Shown here: positions 1-9,286 of the stretch, piece by piece
Position numbering within the stretch: the stretch's first letter is position 1
Layout of the letters: every line of letters begins with the position of its first letter
DNA from: Chiloscyllium plagiosum
Taxonomy: Eukaryota
NCBI RefSeq assembly: GCF_004010195.1
Contig: NC_057754.1
Span: 161,981-181,980, forward strand
DNA: 20,000 nt
Reading direction: 5' to 3'
Notes under the pieces: model-generated
The model's database searches: none
Told to the model about the DNA's origin: nothing
The model's input: only the letters and a program-made list of their open reading frames with translations
Position numbers and translations under genes: made by a program

Positions 1-239
1 GGGACCTACATCCTTGACATGCCCCCCAGAGTGGAAAGAAGTGGCAAAAACTATTACTAATGAAGCCTCAGCAAGAAACGACCCAAAGACCTGCCTTCAG
101 GGAGAGTCCATGTGAACGAATGAATCTTTTAGACTCATGTGCATGGACCCTCATGTTTTTTTCATGGATGGAAACATTTCTGGCAAGGTCAATACGTACT
201 ACCCATGTATAATTTCCCCTGCACTGAGGGACTTACTCG

Positions 240-320
240 GCCATGTCAGAGGGCAGCTGAGGGTCAAACACATTGGGTCTGAAATCACATGTAGACCAGA
301 CTGGATCAAGACAGCAGGAC
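240..320 (-). mobile_element. Deu-domain-type shark SINE (SacSINE1-like), body fragment
   Basis: cagagggcagctgagggtcaaacacattgggtctgaaatcacatgtagaccagac resembles the recalled body of the shark DeuSINE; appears to continue at ~2421. Confidence 0.5.
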
Positions 321-922
321 AATTGATTGATTGATTGGTTTATTTATTGTCACATGTACTGAGATTCAGTGAAGTGTTGTTTTGAGTGCTATACAGGCAG
401 ATTATCCCATACAAAGTGCATTAGAGTAGCAGAACACAGCGCAAACTACAATGTTACAGAGAAGGTGCAGAGAGAGAGATCAGAATTAACGTTTGAGAGG
501 TCCATTCGAAAGTCTGATAACAGCCAGAACCTATTCATACGTGTATTCAAGCTTTTATATCTTCTTCCCAATAAAAGAGGATGGAAGAGAGTATAACAGC
601 CCGGGTGGGAGGGTCCTTTGATTATGTTAGTTGCTTTCCTGAGGCAGTAGGAAGTATAGATGGAGTCAATGGATGGAAGGCTGGTTGGTGTGATGGACTG
701 GGCTGTGTTCATGACACTGTAGTTTCTTACAGTGATGGAAGACCAGTTGCCATACCAAGCTGTGATGCAGCCAGATAGGATGCTTTCTATGGTGCATCTA
801 TAAAAATTGGTAGGAGTCCTTGTGGGCATACCAAATTTCCTTAGCCACCTGAAGAAGTAGAGATGTTGTTGTACTTTCTTGATCGTTGCTTGAACATGTG
901 TGGACCAGGACAGATTGCTGGT
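321..922 (-). mobile_element. Rex1/Babar-type LINE, 3' portion
   Basis: Minus-strand SNLSWSTHVQATIKKVQQHLYFFRWLRKFG..NFYRCTIESILSGCITAWYG, typical of the Rex/Babar post-RT region; frameshifted; ends in a (CAAT)n tail at ~322-337. Confidence 0.8.
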
Positions 923-1568
923 TGTCGCAGGCTCCTGGCTGCTAAAACACAGATAGATTGCTAACTTGGCCAGAAGATGATTTTAATTATGATTGGCACG
1001 TGTACTCAAAATTGAAAAGTGTATAATGTTGCCACACATGCTGCTTACTTAGGTACCAAGTAGTAAGAGAAACAAGAGTTAAAAATTTAAGCATTATTTC
1101 ATAGAATAGTCAAAAAATAAAGAAATAGGTAATGGTTTACATTAAGTCTTTCGTAGTTTAAACAAGGGAAATAAAGGAATAAGCTAAAGGTTCATCAGCA
1201 AGGGATGTTGGGTACATTGGCCAAATAAAACAATGAAATCGCAAAAGCCCTCAAAGCAGGGACTGTGCAAACACAGTAGCTAGGTGCTAATTACATTTGT
1301 ATAATATAAATAGCAATGGTTACCCTGGATAATCAGACCCTCAATAGTCAGAACTGGTCCTGTCACACAAAGAAACTAACAGTAGCATGCCATCCAAATG
1401 TTTGCCTTTATTAAGTGTAACTCCCTGGTAGGCCAAAACTATAGAAAATTCCAGAAAACCATCTATAAGGCATAAAAACAGGATTCACCTGCAGACTTCT
1501 CTCTTGAAATCTTCTGTAGGTTCTCCAAGAAGACCAGCATGGCAAGAGGCAAAGACCAGCTGACCATC

Positions 1569-1605
<37 letters not shown>

Positions 1606-1890
1606 AAGCAGCTTCGGTGAACCAGAGACAGAGTCAGAAAGAGAGAGAGAGGAAAATCTACAAGAGACTTGGGAAGTATTGTAACCTTAAAGGGCCAAAA
1701 AGGATTAGAGATGTTTATTATTAAAGGTTATTGTAAATTTGTTCCTAATAGGATTGGGACTGTTTTGCATTGGAATCAGATTGTGTTTATATTGATTTGA
1801 CCGTTTTGGTATTATGGGACATCTGGGCAAATCCATTCATAATGCTCTGGTTGGAGTTGTCTAACTTGTTTAACGAGGAACTAGACAACA
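923..1890. mobile_element. Solo LTR (968 bp) inserted in the Rex/Babar LINE
   Basis: Starts TGTCG, ends CAACA; flanked by 4-bp direct repeat TGGT (919-922, 1891-1894). Removing it rejoins the LINE reading LMIT|SNLSWSTH. TATA-like motif at ~1464 and ATTAAA at ~1720 on +. Confidence 0.75.
1571..1602. repeat. (GA)16 microsatellite
   Basis: Perfect GA run inside the LTR. Confidence 0.95.
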
Positions 1891-2066
1891 TGGTGATCAT
1901 CAGTACCAGCAACTTGACACTCTTGACCATCTCTATCTCAACACCATTTACACAGACAGGGGCTTGCCCTCCATCCTGCATCCTGAAGTCAATGACTAGC
2001 TCCTTCACTTTGCTGGTGTTGATGGAGAGATTGTTGTCTTTCCTGTATTTTATCTCACTGTTGCCT
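1891..2066 (-). mobile_element. Rex1/Babar LINE, RT C-terminal fragment
   Basis: DNNLSINTSKVKELVIDFR..PVCVNGVEIEMVKSVKLL; collinear with the 321-922 piece. Confidence 0.8.
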
Positions 2067-2382
2067 GGCATGTTAGCTCAATGGTTAGCACTACTACCTA
2101 AGAATGTTAGGGACCTTGGTTCAATTCCAGCTTTGGGTGACTGTCTGGGTGGAGTTTTCATGTTCTCCCTGTGTCTGTATGGGTTTCATAGAGGTACTCC
2201 TGCAATAACAAAGATGTGCAGGTTAGGTAAATTCGCTATGCCATATTGTCCAGTGTTCAGGTAGGTGTATTAGTCAGGGGTAAATGTAGGATAATGGGTC
2301 TGGGTGGGTTACTCTTTGGAGGGTTGGTGTGACTTGTTGGGCTGAAGAGCCTGTTTCCAAAGTGTAGGATTTCTATTCTATT
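2067..2382 (+). mobile_element. HE1-like V-SINE
   Basis: tRNA-derived head (tagctcaatggttagcact...ggttcaattcc), V-domain gtggagttttcatgttctccctgtgtctgtatgggtttc, CR1-like tail ending in (ttcta)n. Confidence 0.8.
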
Positions 2383-2420
2383 AACACTGGTTGTATTGTC
2401 AGCAAACTTATAAATAGAAT
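2383..2420 (-). mobile_element. Rex1/Babar LINE, 5'-most remnant with RT catalytic motif
   Basis: Reads SIYKFADNTT, a decayed FADD motif. Confidence 0.65.
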
Positions 2421-2644
2421 TTACAATGAATGATACAAATAATGAAGTAGATGAGGGTTTATGAGAATTGAGGATAGTTTCATGATCACCATCACTGAGA
2501 CAAGCTTTCAGTTCCAGGTTTACTGAATTAATCTAAATTCCACTAACTGCTGTAGTGGGATTCAAACCTGTATTCCAAGAGCATTAACCTGTGTGCCTGG
2601 ATTACTCATTCAGTGACATGAGCACAATAACAATATCTCCCCCA
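2421..2644 (-). mobile_element. Deu-domain-type shark SINE (SacSINE1-like), tRNA-derived head
   Basis: Minus strand ggggagat...atgtcactgaatgagtaatccag...aggtttgaatccc (degenerate B box). Confidence 0.6.
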
Positions 2645-2765
2645 CTCCTGCTCCTGTACCTTCCCATCCACTCCTCTCTCTGACCCTTCCATAATCTTTC
2701 ATAATCGCATTTCTTTCATTGCCCTGTCTTTGCTGTTGCAGTGAGACAGCATACACAAATTCTAG

Positions 2766-3000
2766 TAAAAACAAGGACTGCAGATGCTAGAAACCAGAGT
2801 CTAGATTAGAGTGGTGCTGGAAAAGCACAGCAGGTCAGGCTGCATCCGAGGAGCAGGAAAATTGACGTTTCAGGCAAAAGCCCTTCATCAGGAATAGAAC
2901 TCCTCTATTCCTGATGAAGGGCTTTTGCCCAAAACCTCGGTTTTCCTGCTCCTTGGATGCTGCCTGACGTGCTGTGCTTTTCCAGCACCACTCTAATCTA
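2766..3000. mobile_element. Penelope-like element remnant: inverted pLTR pair with hammerhead-like cores
   Basis: 97-bp arms 2802-2898 and 2904-3000; unpaired tail 2766-2801; flanking direct repeat TACACAAATTCTAG (2752-2765, 2999-3012); CTGATGA-A-GGGC-TTTT-GCCY-(G/A)AAA on both strands. Confidence 0.8.
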
Positions 3001-3364
3001 CACAAATTCTAGGCTGAATGCCTCTTCCAATCTGTGATTCCATACTGCCCTGGAGGTAGAACGACAGCCATTGGCTGATCATATTGCTGGAGATTCTATG
3101 CCACTGGCATCTGCCTGTCTTGAATCTGCTTCTCACCCTTGATATTTTTATAATTAATAAGCAGAAATTTAACAAGGAAAAGTGAACTCAAACAAAATGT
3201 CACTTTCTCTCATGATGTTTTGGCTTGGAGTTTGCTTTTACTAGAAGAATGCTGTTTAATCTTTGGGTTTAAAGGACAGTGCTAGGGAGATGCTAACCCC
3301 ATTTGCAATTGATTAGAACAGAAAAGACCCCAACTGATGGTAAGTCTTTGTCATGGACTTGTTA

Positions 3365-4027
3365 CTGAGTGGCCACACAAGTAGATAGGATGCTGTAGAA
3401 GGCAGAGAACATGCTTGCCTTTGTTGGTCAGGAATTGAGTACAAGGGTCAGGATGTTATGTTGCAGCTTTATAAGACTTTGGTTAGGCCACACTTTATTG
3501 TATTGTATTCAGTTCTGGTTGCCACACCACAGGAAGATTGTGGAGGTCTTGGAGAGTGCGCAGAAGAGGATGCTGCCTGAATTAGAAGGTATGAGCTTTA
3601 AGGAGGGGCTAGAAAAATTTGGGTTGTTTTCTCTGGAGAGGTGGAGGCTGAGGGAAGACTTGATAGAAGTTCATAAAATTATGAGATGCATAGATAGGGT
3701 TGACGGTCAGAATCTTCTTCCCAGAGCTGAAATGTCTAAAATGAGGGGGCATGCATTTAAGGTGAGAGGGGAAAGTTCAAAGAAGATGTGAGGGGTAAGT
3801 TTTTTACAGAGTGATGGGAGTCTAGAACATGCTGCCAGGGGTGGTGGTGGAGGCAGATACGATAGGGGCGTTTAAGTTACTTTTAAGTAAGCACATGGAT
3901 ATGCAAGGAATGGAAGGATATGGATCAAGGGCAGGCAGAAGCGATTTGTTTAATTTGGTGTCATGTTCGGCACAGCATCGTGGGCCGAACGGCTCGTCCC
4001 TGCGCTGTATTCTTTAATGTTCTATGT
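3365..4027 (+). mobile_element. CR1 (HER1-like) LINE 3' fragment
   Basis: LYCIQFWLPHHRK..LESAQKR..LFSLERWRLREDLIEVHKIMR..RGHAFKVRG; CR1 3'UTR ending in tgttctatgtt. Confidence 0.85.
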
Positions 4028-4029
4028 TA

Positions 4030-4830
4030 GAATTACTGATCTCTTTACTGATGGCTAAGATGGGGTTAATTGAGATGTCTCAGATTAGGGAAGGGTCTTG
4101 AGAGATTAAATAAAGAGAAAAGCTGATTCTGGTGGTGGGAGGATCAATAACTCAAAGACAGATTGAACAGGATGGCAAAAGAATCAGGTGGCGATATGAG
4201 GCAAAGCTTTTTTAGCTATCCAACAGTCTTTAGGAGAAGGATGTGATTGCTGACAGATACAGAGCTGGGAGTAGCCTCTCCCAACAGGAGCTAGGATCGG
4301 AGACAAAAATATCAATGGGGAATGAGTAATAAGTGGGATTGACTCTTCAAACAGGCCAGCACAGGTAGGACGGACTGAATGGCCTCCAATTGTGCTCTTT
4401 ATTCACTGACAGCTGATGATCCAACATCACTAGGAATTGAAGGCCGTCCCAACACCCGATTCACATTGATCTATCATTGGCGATGTTGCCATCAGCTACC
4501 TTACAGCAGCCCTAGCTCCCTCCCTAAACCTTTCTGTTTCTCTGCCCTCTGGCACATTTCAAAGGAGGGTCTGTAGGGTCTGTGTTCACAGGTTGTTCAA
4601 GGAAGAAGAACTTGCTGCAAACCGTAAATATTGTACATGCATGAGTTCAGAAGGGCGAAAGTGATGCTGGACTTTTGTAAAGCTCTGGTTAGGCCTTAAC
4701 CAGGGATTGCATCCAGTCCTAGTCCCCACACTTTAGAAAGGATGTCAGGGCCCTTGAGAGGCTGTGGAGGAGATTTACTGGAATAGGGCCAGGGATGAAG
4801 GAGTTTAGTTACAAGATTCTGTTGGAGCCA
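4030..4830 (+). mobile_element. Highly decayed CR1 fragments
   Basis: CR1-like tail at ~4340-4400 (gactgaatggcctcc) and ORF2-like piece at 4655-4830 (ctggttaggcc..ccccacactttagaaaggatgtc..aggagatttact). Confidence 0.55.
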
Positions 4831-5250
4831 TTGGGATTGTTACGTGGGGTTAAAGAATGAATAAATAAAATTGTTCCCATTTTTGAAAGGACATGGGTTT
4901 GGAGAAGATACACGGGTGTATGAGAGGAAAAGCTGAGCAAATGTGATTGGGTGGGCACTAGGCAGACACTTTGAGTTTGAAAACAAGAGTTCTTGAATAA
5001 ATGGGGATGTTTGAGCAGTGGTCTAACTTGTGTTGACGTCCAGGTGTAACTGTTGTGCTGGAGCGTTGCATTCGAAATATTGTTGCATGGAAGCCAACCC
5101 AGGATGTTGTTGCTGCTGGAGTCACTCACAATTGCTGTCAATTTAAGGTTGCAGTTGAGTCACAGGATCTCTTTCCTTGCCTCCTCTGCAGCTCAGTCCC
5201 TCTGTAATTCAGACTCTGTATAGATCAGACCCTCTGTAATTGTCCCTTTA

Positions 5251-5418
5251 AGATTAGATTAGATTAGATTAGATTACAGTGTGGAAACAGGCCCTTTGGC
5301 CCAACAAGTCCACACCGCCCCGCCGAAGCGAAACCCACCCATACCCCTACATTTACCCCTTACCTAACACTACAGGCAATTTAGTTTGGCCAATTCACCT
5401 GACCTACACATCTTTGGA
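5251..5418 (-). mobile_element. HE1-like SINE 3' fragment with (TAATC)n tail
   Basis: (gatta)n followed by cagtgtggaaacaggccctttggcccaac; matches the SINE at 14987-15285. Confidence 0.75.
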
Positions 5419-5451
5419 TGGATTCTACCAAAACTGTCTCTTTAAGAATTG

Positions 5452-5588
5452 GAGGTGCTGGTGTTGGACTGGGATGGACAAAGTTAAAAATCACACAACA
5501 CCACCTAATGAAGGGGCAGTGGTCCGAAAGCTAGTGCATCCAAATAAACCTGTTGGACTATAACCTGGTATCGTGTGAGTTTTTAACT
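5452..5588. mobile_element. Penelope-like pLTR remnant (second family) with hammerhead-like core
   Basis: Inverted arms 5482-5503 / 5566-5588; CAC-CTAATGA-A-GGGGC-AGT-GGTCC-GAAA-GCTA-GTG at 5502-5536. Confidence 0.7.
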
Positions 5589-5725
5589 CACAGTCGGGCG
5601 CCTACTTGTCCCATGGTCGCCCCCTGCTGGCCTGCCTCTTTAAAGACAAATCTCAGTCTCTGGCTGCACCAGGGTTGCGCTCCCTGCCGGTTTTTGCTAT
5701 GATTTTCAAGCGGTCTCTTGCAACC

Positions 5726-5798
5726 GGCTCCATAGCTCAGTGGTTAGAGCACTGGTCTTGTAAACCAGGGGTCGCGAGTTCGATCCTCGCTGGGGCCT
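5726..5798 (+). tRNA. trnT-UGU: tRNA-Thr(TGT), 73 nt, intronless
   Basis: GGCTCCA/TGGGGCC acceptor stem, GCTC/GAGC D-stem, CTGGT/ACCAG anticodon stem with loop CT-TGT-AA (anticodon 5759-5761), GCGAG-TTCGATC-CTCGC T-arm, discriminator T; intact A and B boxes. Confidence 0.97.
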
Positions 5799-5817
5799 CG
5801 GGGTTAACCTTTAGTTA

Positions 5818-5822
5818 TTTTT
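5818..5822 (+). terminator. RNA polymerase III oligo-T terminator of the tRNA gene
   Basis: First run of >=4 T (TTTTT), starting 20 nt after the tRNA 3' end. Confidence 0.75.
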
Positions 5823-6349
5823 GTGTTAAATTTATGAAATGGAACAACAAAACACGCACAAGTACAATTTCAACGCCCCCACCCCCACTTTAATTTTCAT
5901 TCCTCATAATCCTCAGACTGAAATGTAAGGGAAATGTCTATAGTGAAGAATTTCTGCTACAGAACCTCAAGGACGCTTTGTTTAGTTGCAAAACTTTGGC
6001 ACCTTTTGAGGTGCTCCAGAAAGACAAGATTTTATCGAAAGGAAAATATTGTTGTTGAAGGAGTTGCAAGACCAAGGAATGAAGAAGAACACAAAGGGGC
6101 TCTTGAATTTGAATAAAACTGAATTCTGCCTGCCAACTACATTTAAAAATGTCAGTCAGGATTTAGTTTCAACAGCCCAGATTTTAATGTAAGTATTTGT
6201 GTTTACCTCCAGAATTTTGCAGCATGGAAAGCGAGCCTTCAGCCCATTATTGTCCAATTCAGTCATGAAACGTCTAACACCATTTCCCAGCACTTGGTCT
6301 GTAACTCTATTGTGCTGTGGTGCGTCAATGTTGATCTAAAAACTTAGAA

Positions 6350-6917
6350 TCAGGACTTTGGTGAAGTCACTTTTGGAATACTGTATTCAGCTCTGGTCCC
6401 CCTCCGATTTGAAAGGATTGTGAAACTTGAAAGGATTCAGAAAAGATTTACAAAGATGTTGCCGGGGTCGGAGGGTTTGAGCTACAGGGAGAGGCTGAAT
6501 AAGCTGGGGCTGTTTTCCTTGGAGTGTCTGAGGCTGAGGATGACCTTGTAGAGGTTTATAAAATCATGAGGGGTATGGGTAGAATAAATAGACAAGGTAT
6601 TTTCCCCAGGGTCGTGGAGACCAAACTGGAGAGCATAGGTTTAGGCTGAGAGACGAAAAATGTAAAAGAGACCAATAGGGCAACGTTTTCACTCAGAGGA
6701 TGGTGCGTGTATGGAATGAGCTGCTAAAGAAGTGGTGGAGGCTGGTACAATTACAACATTTAAAAGGCAGTGGATGGTACATGAATAGGAAGGGTTTATA
6801 GGGCTATGCGCCAGGTGCTGGCAAATGGGACTGGATTAACTTAGGATATCTGGTCGACATGGATGAGTTGGACCAAAGTGTATGTTTCCATGCTGTACAG
6901 ATCTATGACTCTGTGAC
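6350..6917 (+). mobile_element. CR1 LINE 3' fragment
   Basis: Closely similar to 8757-9286; ends atctatgactctgtgact. Confidence 0.85.
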
Positions 6918-6929
6918 TGGGCCTTTATT

Positions 6930-7535
6930 CACTAGAGTTTAGAAGGATGTAAGAAAAATGATTGAAATGTAGAAAAATCTAATACAGCTGGATAGACTAG
7001 ACGCAGGGAGGATGTTTTCCCTGATTGTGGAGTCCAGAACCAGGGGACACAGGATACAGGATTTAGGACTGAGATGAAGAAACCCTTCAGTCTGAGAGTA
7101 GTGAAAGTTCTGGATGTCAAGATAAAAGCAAATTACTGCGGATGCTGGATTCTGAAACCAAAAGAGAAAATGCTGGAAAATCTCAGCAAGTCTGGCAGCA
7201 TCTGTAAGGAGAGAAAAGAGCTGACGTTTCGAGTTTAACTGACCCTTTGTCAAAGCTTTGGACAGCTTTGACAAAGGGTCAGTTAGACTCGAAACTCAGC
7301 TCTTTTCTCTCCTTAAAGATGCTGCCAGACCTGCTGAGATTTTCCAGCATTTTCTCTCTTTGGGTTCTGGACATCAAGTCACTGCAAGAAAGAGAAGGAT
7401 AAATGGTACATTTTAAAGGCATCGAAGAGTATGGTAGAAGGTGGGAACATGATGTTGAGATTGAGGATCAGCCATGGACATATTGAATGGTGTAGCAACT
7501 CAATGGGCCGAAAGAGCTTCTCCTGCTCCTAGTTC
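6930..7535 (+). mobile_element. Older CR1 3' fragment interrupted by a Penelope-like insertion
   Basis: ggagtccagaaccaggggacacag...cagtctgagagtagtgaa before, and gaggatcagccatg..gggccgaa..ctcctgctcct tail after, the 7122-7363 insertion. Confidence 0.65.
7122..7363. mobile_element. Penelope-like remnant (third family): inverted pLTR pair
   Basis: ~100-bp arms 7158-7257 and 7264-7363, 6-nt spacer, unpaired tail 7122-7157; 15-bp TSD GTTCTGGA(TG/CA)TCAAG at 7107-7121 and 7364-7378. Confidence 0.8.
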
Positions 7536-7687
7536 ATCTGTTTGGACAGTGGAGATAGAGAGATTCAGGGACAGGTGACAGACAGCCTGAGGGTGGGGGA
7601 GTGGAGGGTGCTCAGTTGAGGAAACAGATATCCTGGACAGTGAAGGCAAAGAACTCCAAGACAGAGTTGGACAATAATACTGAGCTG

Positions 7688-7803
7688 AGCCTTATACCCA
7701 AAACATCGACTCTCCTGCAGTTCAGATGTTGCCTGACCTGCTTTTCTTTTCCAGCACCACAATTTCGACTCTGATCTCCAGCATCTGCAGTCCTCACTTC
7801 CTC
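7688..7803 (+). mobile_element. Penelope-like pLTR 3' fragment
   Basis: aaacatcgactctcctgc..gcctgacctg..ttttccagcacc..ccagcatctgcagtcct; homologous to 2766-3000 and 16371-16442, truncated within the hammerhead. Confidence 0.7.
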
Positions 7804-7860
7804 CAAGACAATAATGTCCATATATAACGAAACAATTAAATAAAAAGGAAGAGGTGAACT

Positions 7861-8070
7861 CCAAGGTAGGACAGACAGAGGGATCCAGGGTAGGACAGAC
7901 ACGGGGCCTCAGGGTAGGACAGGCGGGGTGGTCCAGTCTAGGAAAGACAGGGGGCTCCATTGTAGGACAGGGTGCCCCTGGATAGGACTGACTGAGGGCC
8001 CCAGGGTAGACCATACAAAGGAGGTGCAGGGCTCCAGACAGAGGAGGTTGAGGGCTAGGTCTAGACAGAA
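7861..8070. repeat. Degenerate ~24-bp minisatellite
   Basis: Recurrent ccagggtaggacagaca-like units at ~24-nt spacing, about 8 copies. Confidence 0.75.
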
Positions 8071-8338
8071 GGAGGCTGAAAGCTCCTGGGAAATGCTGCC
8101 GACTCTGAACCTGTTTGATTTTCAGGGAATGAGGCCTCTGCGGGCTCCGGGAGACTGAGTTGATTCTTTCCCGAGGGGTTGCAGATGTCTTTATCAAAGC
8201 CCAGACATCTGGCAGAGGCAGTGAGAGAGCACAGATCCCTGGTGACGTGAGCTCATCAGCACTGCAGCAAAACACTGCTCACAGCAATGTACAAGGTCAG
8301 GCAAACAACAGAGGCCAGGCCCCACAATGACAGATCGC

Positions 8339-8752
8339 CTTCCCTCCCTCGCTGACTCTCAGTCCCTCCCTCATTCACTCTTCCTCCCTCCCTTCCTTCC
8401 TCACTCATTCTCCTTCACTCTCACTCTCTCTTTCACACTCAGTCACTCCCCTCCCTCCCTCACTCACTCATTATCCCTCACTCCGTCTTTCCCCCTCAAT
8501 CACTCTGACTCGTTCACTCACCGTCACTGTCTGTCCGTCACTGACTGTCCCTTACTCCTCCTCTCTTCCTCACTGACTCTCACTTGCTCGTACTCACTCT
8601 CTCTTCCCCTCACTGACTTTCCCTTAGACTCCCTCTCCCCCTCACTGACTCTCCCTCATTCATTCTCTGTCTCCCTCACTGACTCTCACTCAATGTCTCA
8701 CTCTCCCTAACTGACTCGCACTCACTCACTCCCTCACTCACTCTGTCTCTGT
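8339..8752. repeat. CT-rich low-complexity tract (ctcact/ctgact/ctccct motifs)
   Basis: Strong pyrimidine strand bias; explains the Ser/Leu/His ORF 8327..8710. Confidence 0.85.
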
Positions 8753-8756
8753 CCTG

Positions 8757-9286
8757 TGCGGCTGTACAGGACATTGGTTAGGCCACTGTTGGAATATTGT
8801 GTGCAATTCTGGTCTCCTTCCTATCGGAAAGATGTTGTGAAACTTGAAAGGGTTCAGATAAGATTTACAAGGATGTTGCCAGGCTGGGGCTGTTTTCTCT
8901 GGAGCATCGGAGGCTGAGGGGTGACCTTATAGAGGTTTACAAAATTATGAGGGGGATGGATAGGATAAATAGACAAAGACTTTTCCCTGGGGTTGGGGAG
9001 TCCAGAACTAGAGGGCATAGGTTTAGGGTGAGAGGGGAAAGATATAAAAGAGACCTAAGGGGCAATTTTTTCACTCAGAGGGTGGTATGTGTATGGAATG
9101 AGCTGCCCGAGGAAGTGGTGGAGGCTGGTACAATTGCAACATTTAAAAGGCATTTGGATGGGTATATGAATAGGAAGATTTGGAGTGATATGGGGTGGGT
9201 GTTGGCAGGTGGGACTAGATTGGGTTGGGATATCTGGTCGGCATGGACGGGTTGGACCAATGGGTCTGTACATCTCTATGACTCTA
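8757..9286 (+). mobile_element. CR1 LINE 3' fragment (relatively young)
   Basis: RLRGDLIEVYKIMRGMDR..SRTRGHRFRVRG..NFFTQRVVCVWNELPEEVV..TFKRHLD; ends ctctatgactcta. Confidence 0.9.

Noticed and set aside
446..829. Host gene fragment (this peptide type is often mislabelled as an ALKBH8-like N-terminus)
   Set aside because: It is the post-RT region of a frameshifted Rex/Babar LINE, collinear with the RT remnants at 1891-2420.
2067..2140. Additional tRNA genes (also ~15215-15285 and ~2560-2644)
   Set aside because: Degenerate A/B boxes without a cloverleaf, attached to SINE bodies.
2802..3000. miRNA precursor or DNA-transposon MITE
   Set aside because: The arms match the Penelope pLTR at 16340-16442, and the asymmetric tail and long TSD fit a retroelement; no small-RNA evidence is available.
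7565..8710. 236-aa and 127-aa ORFs
   Set aside because: They are made of a Penelope fragment, a 24-bp minisatellite and a CT-rich low-complexity tract.
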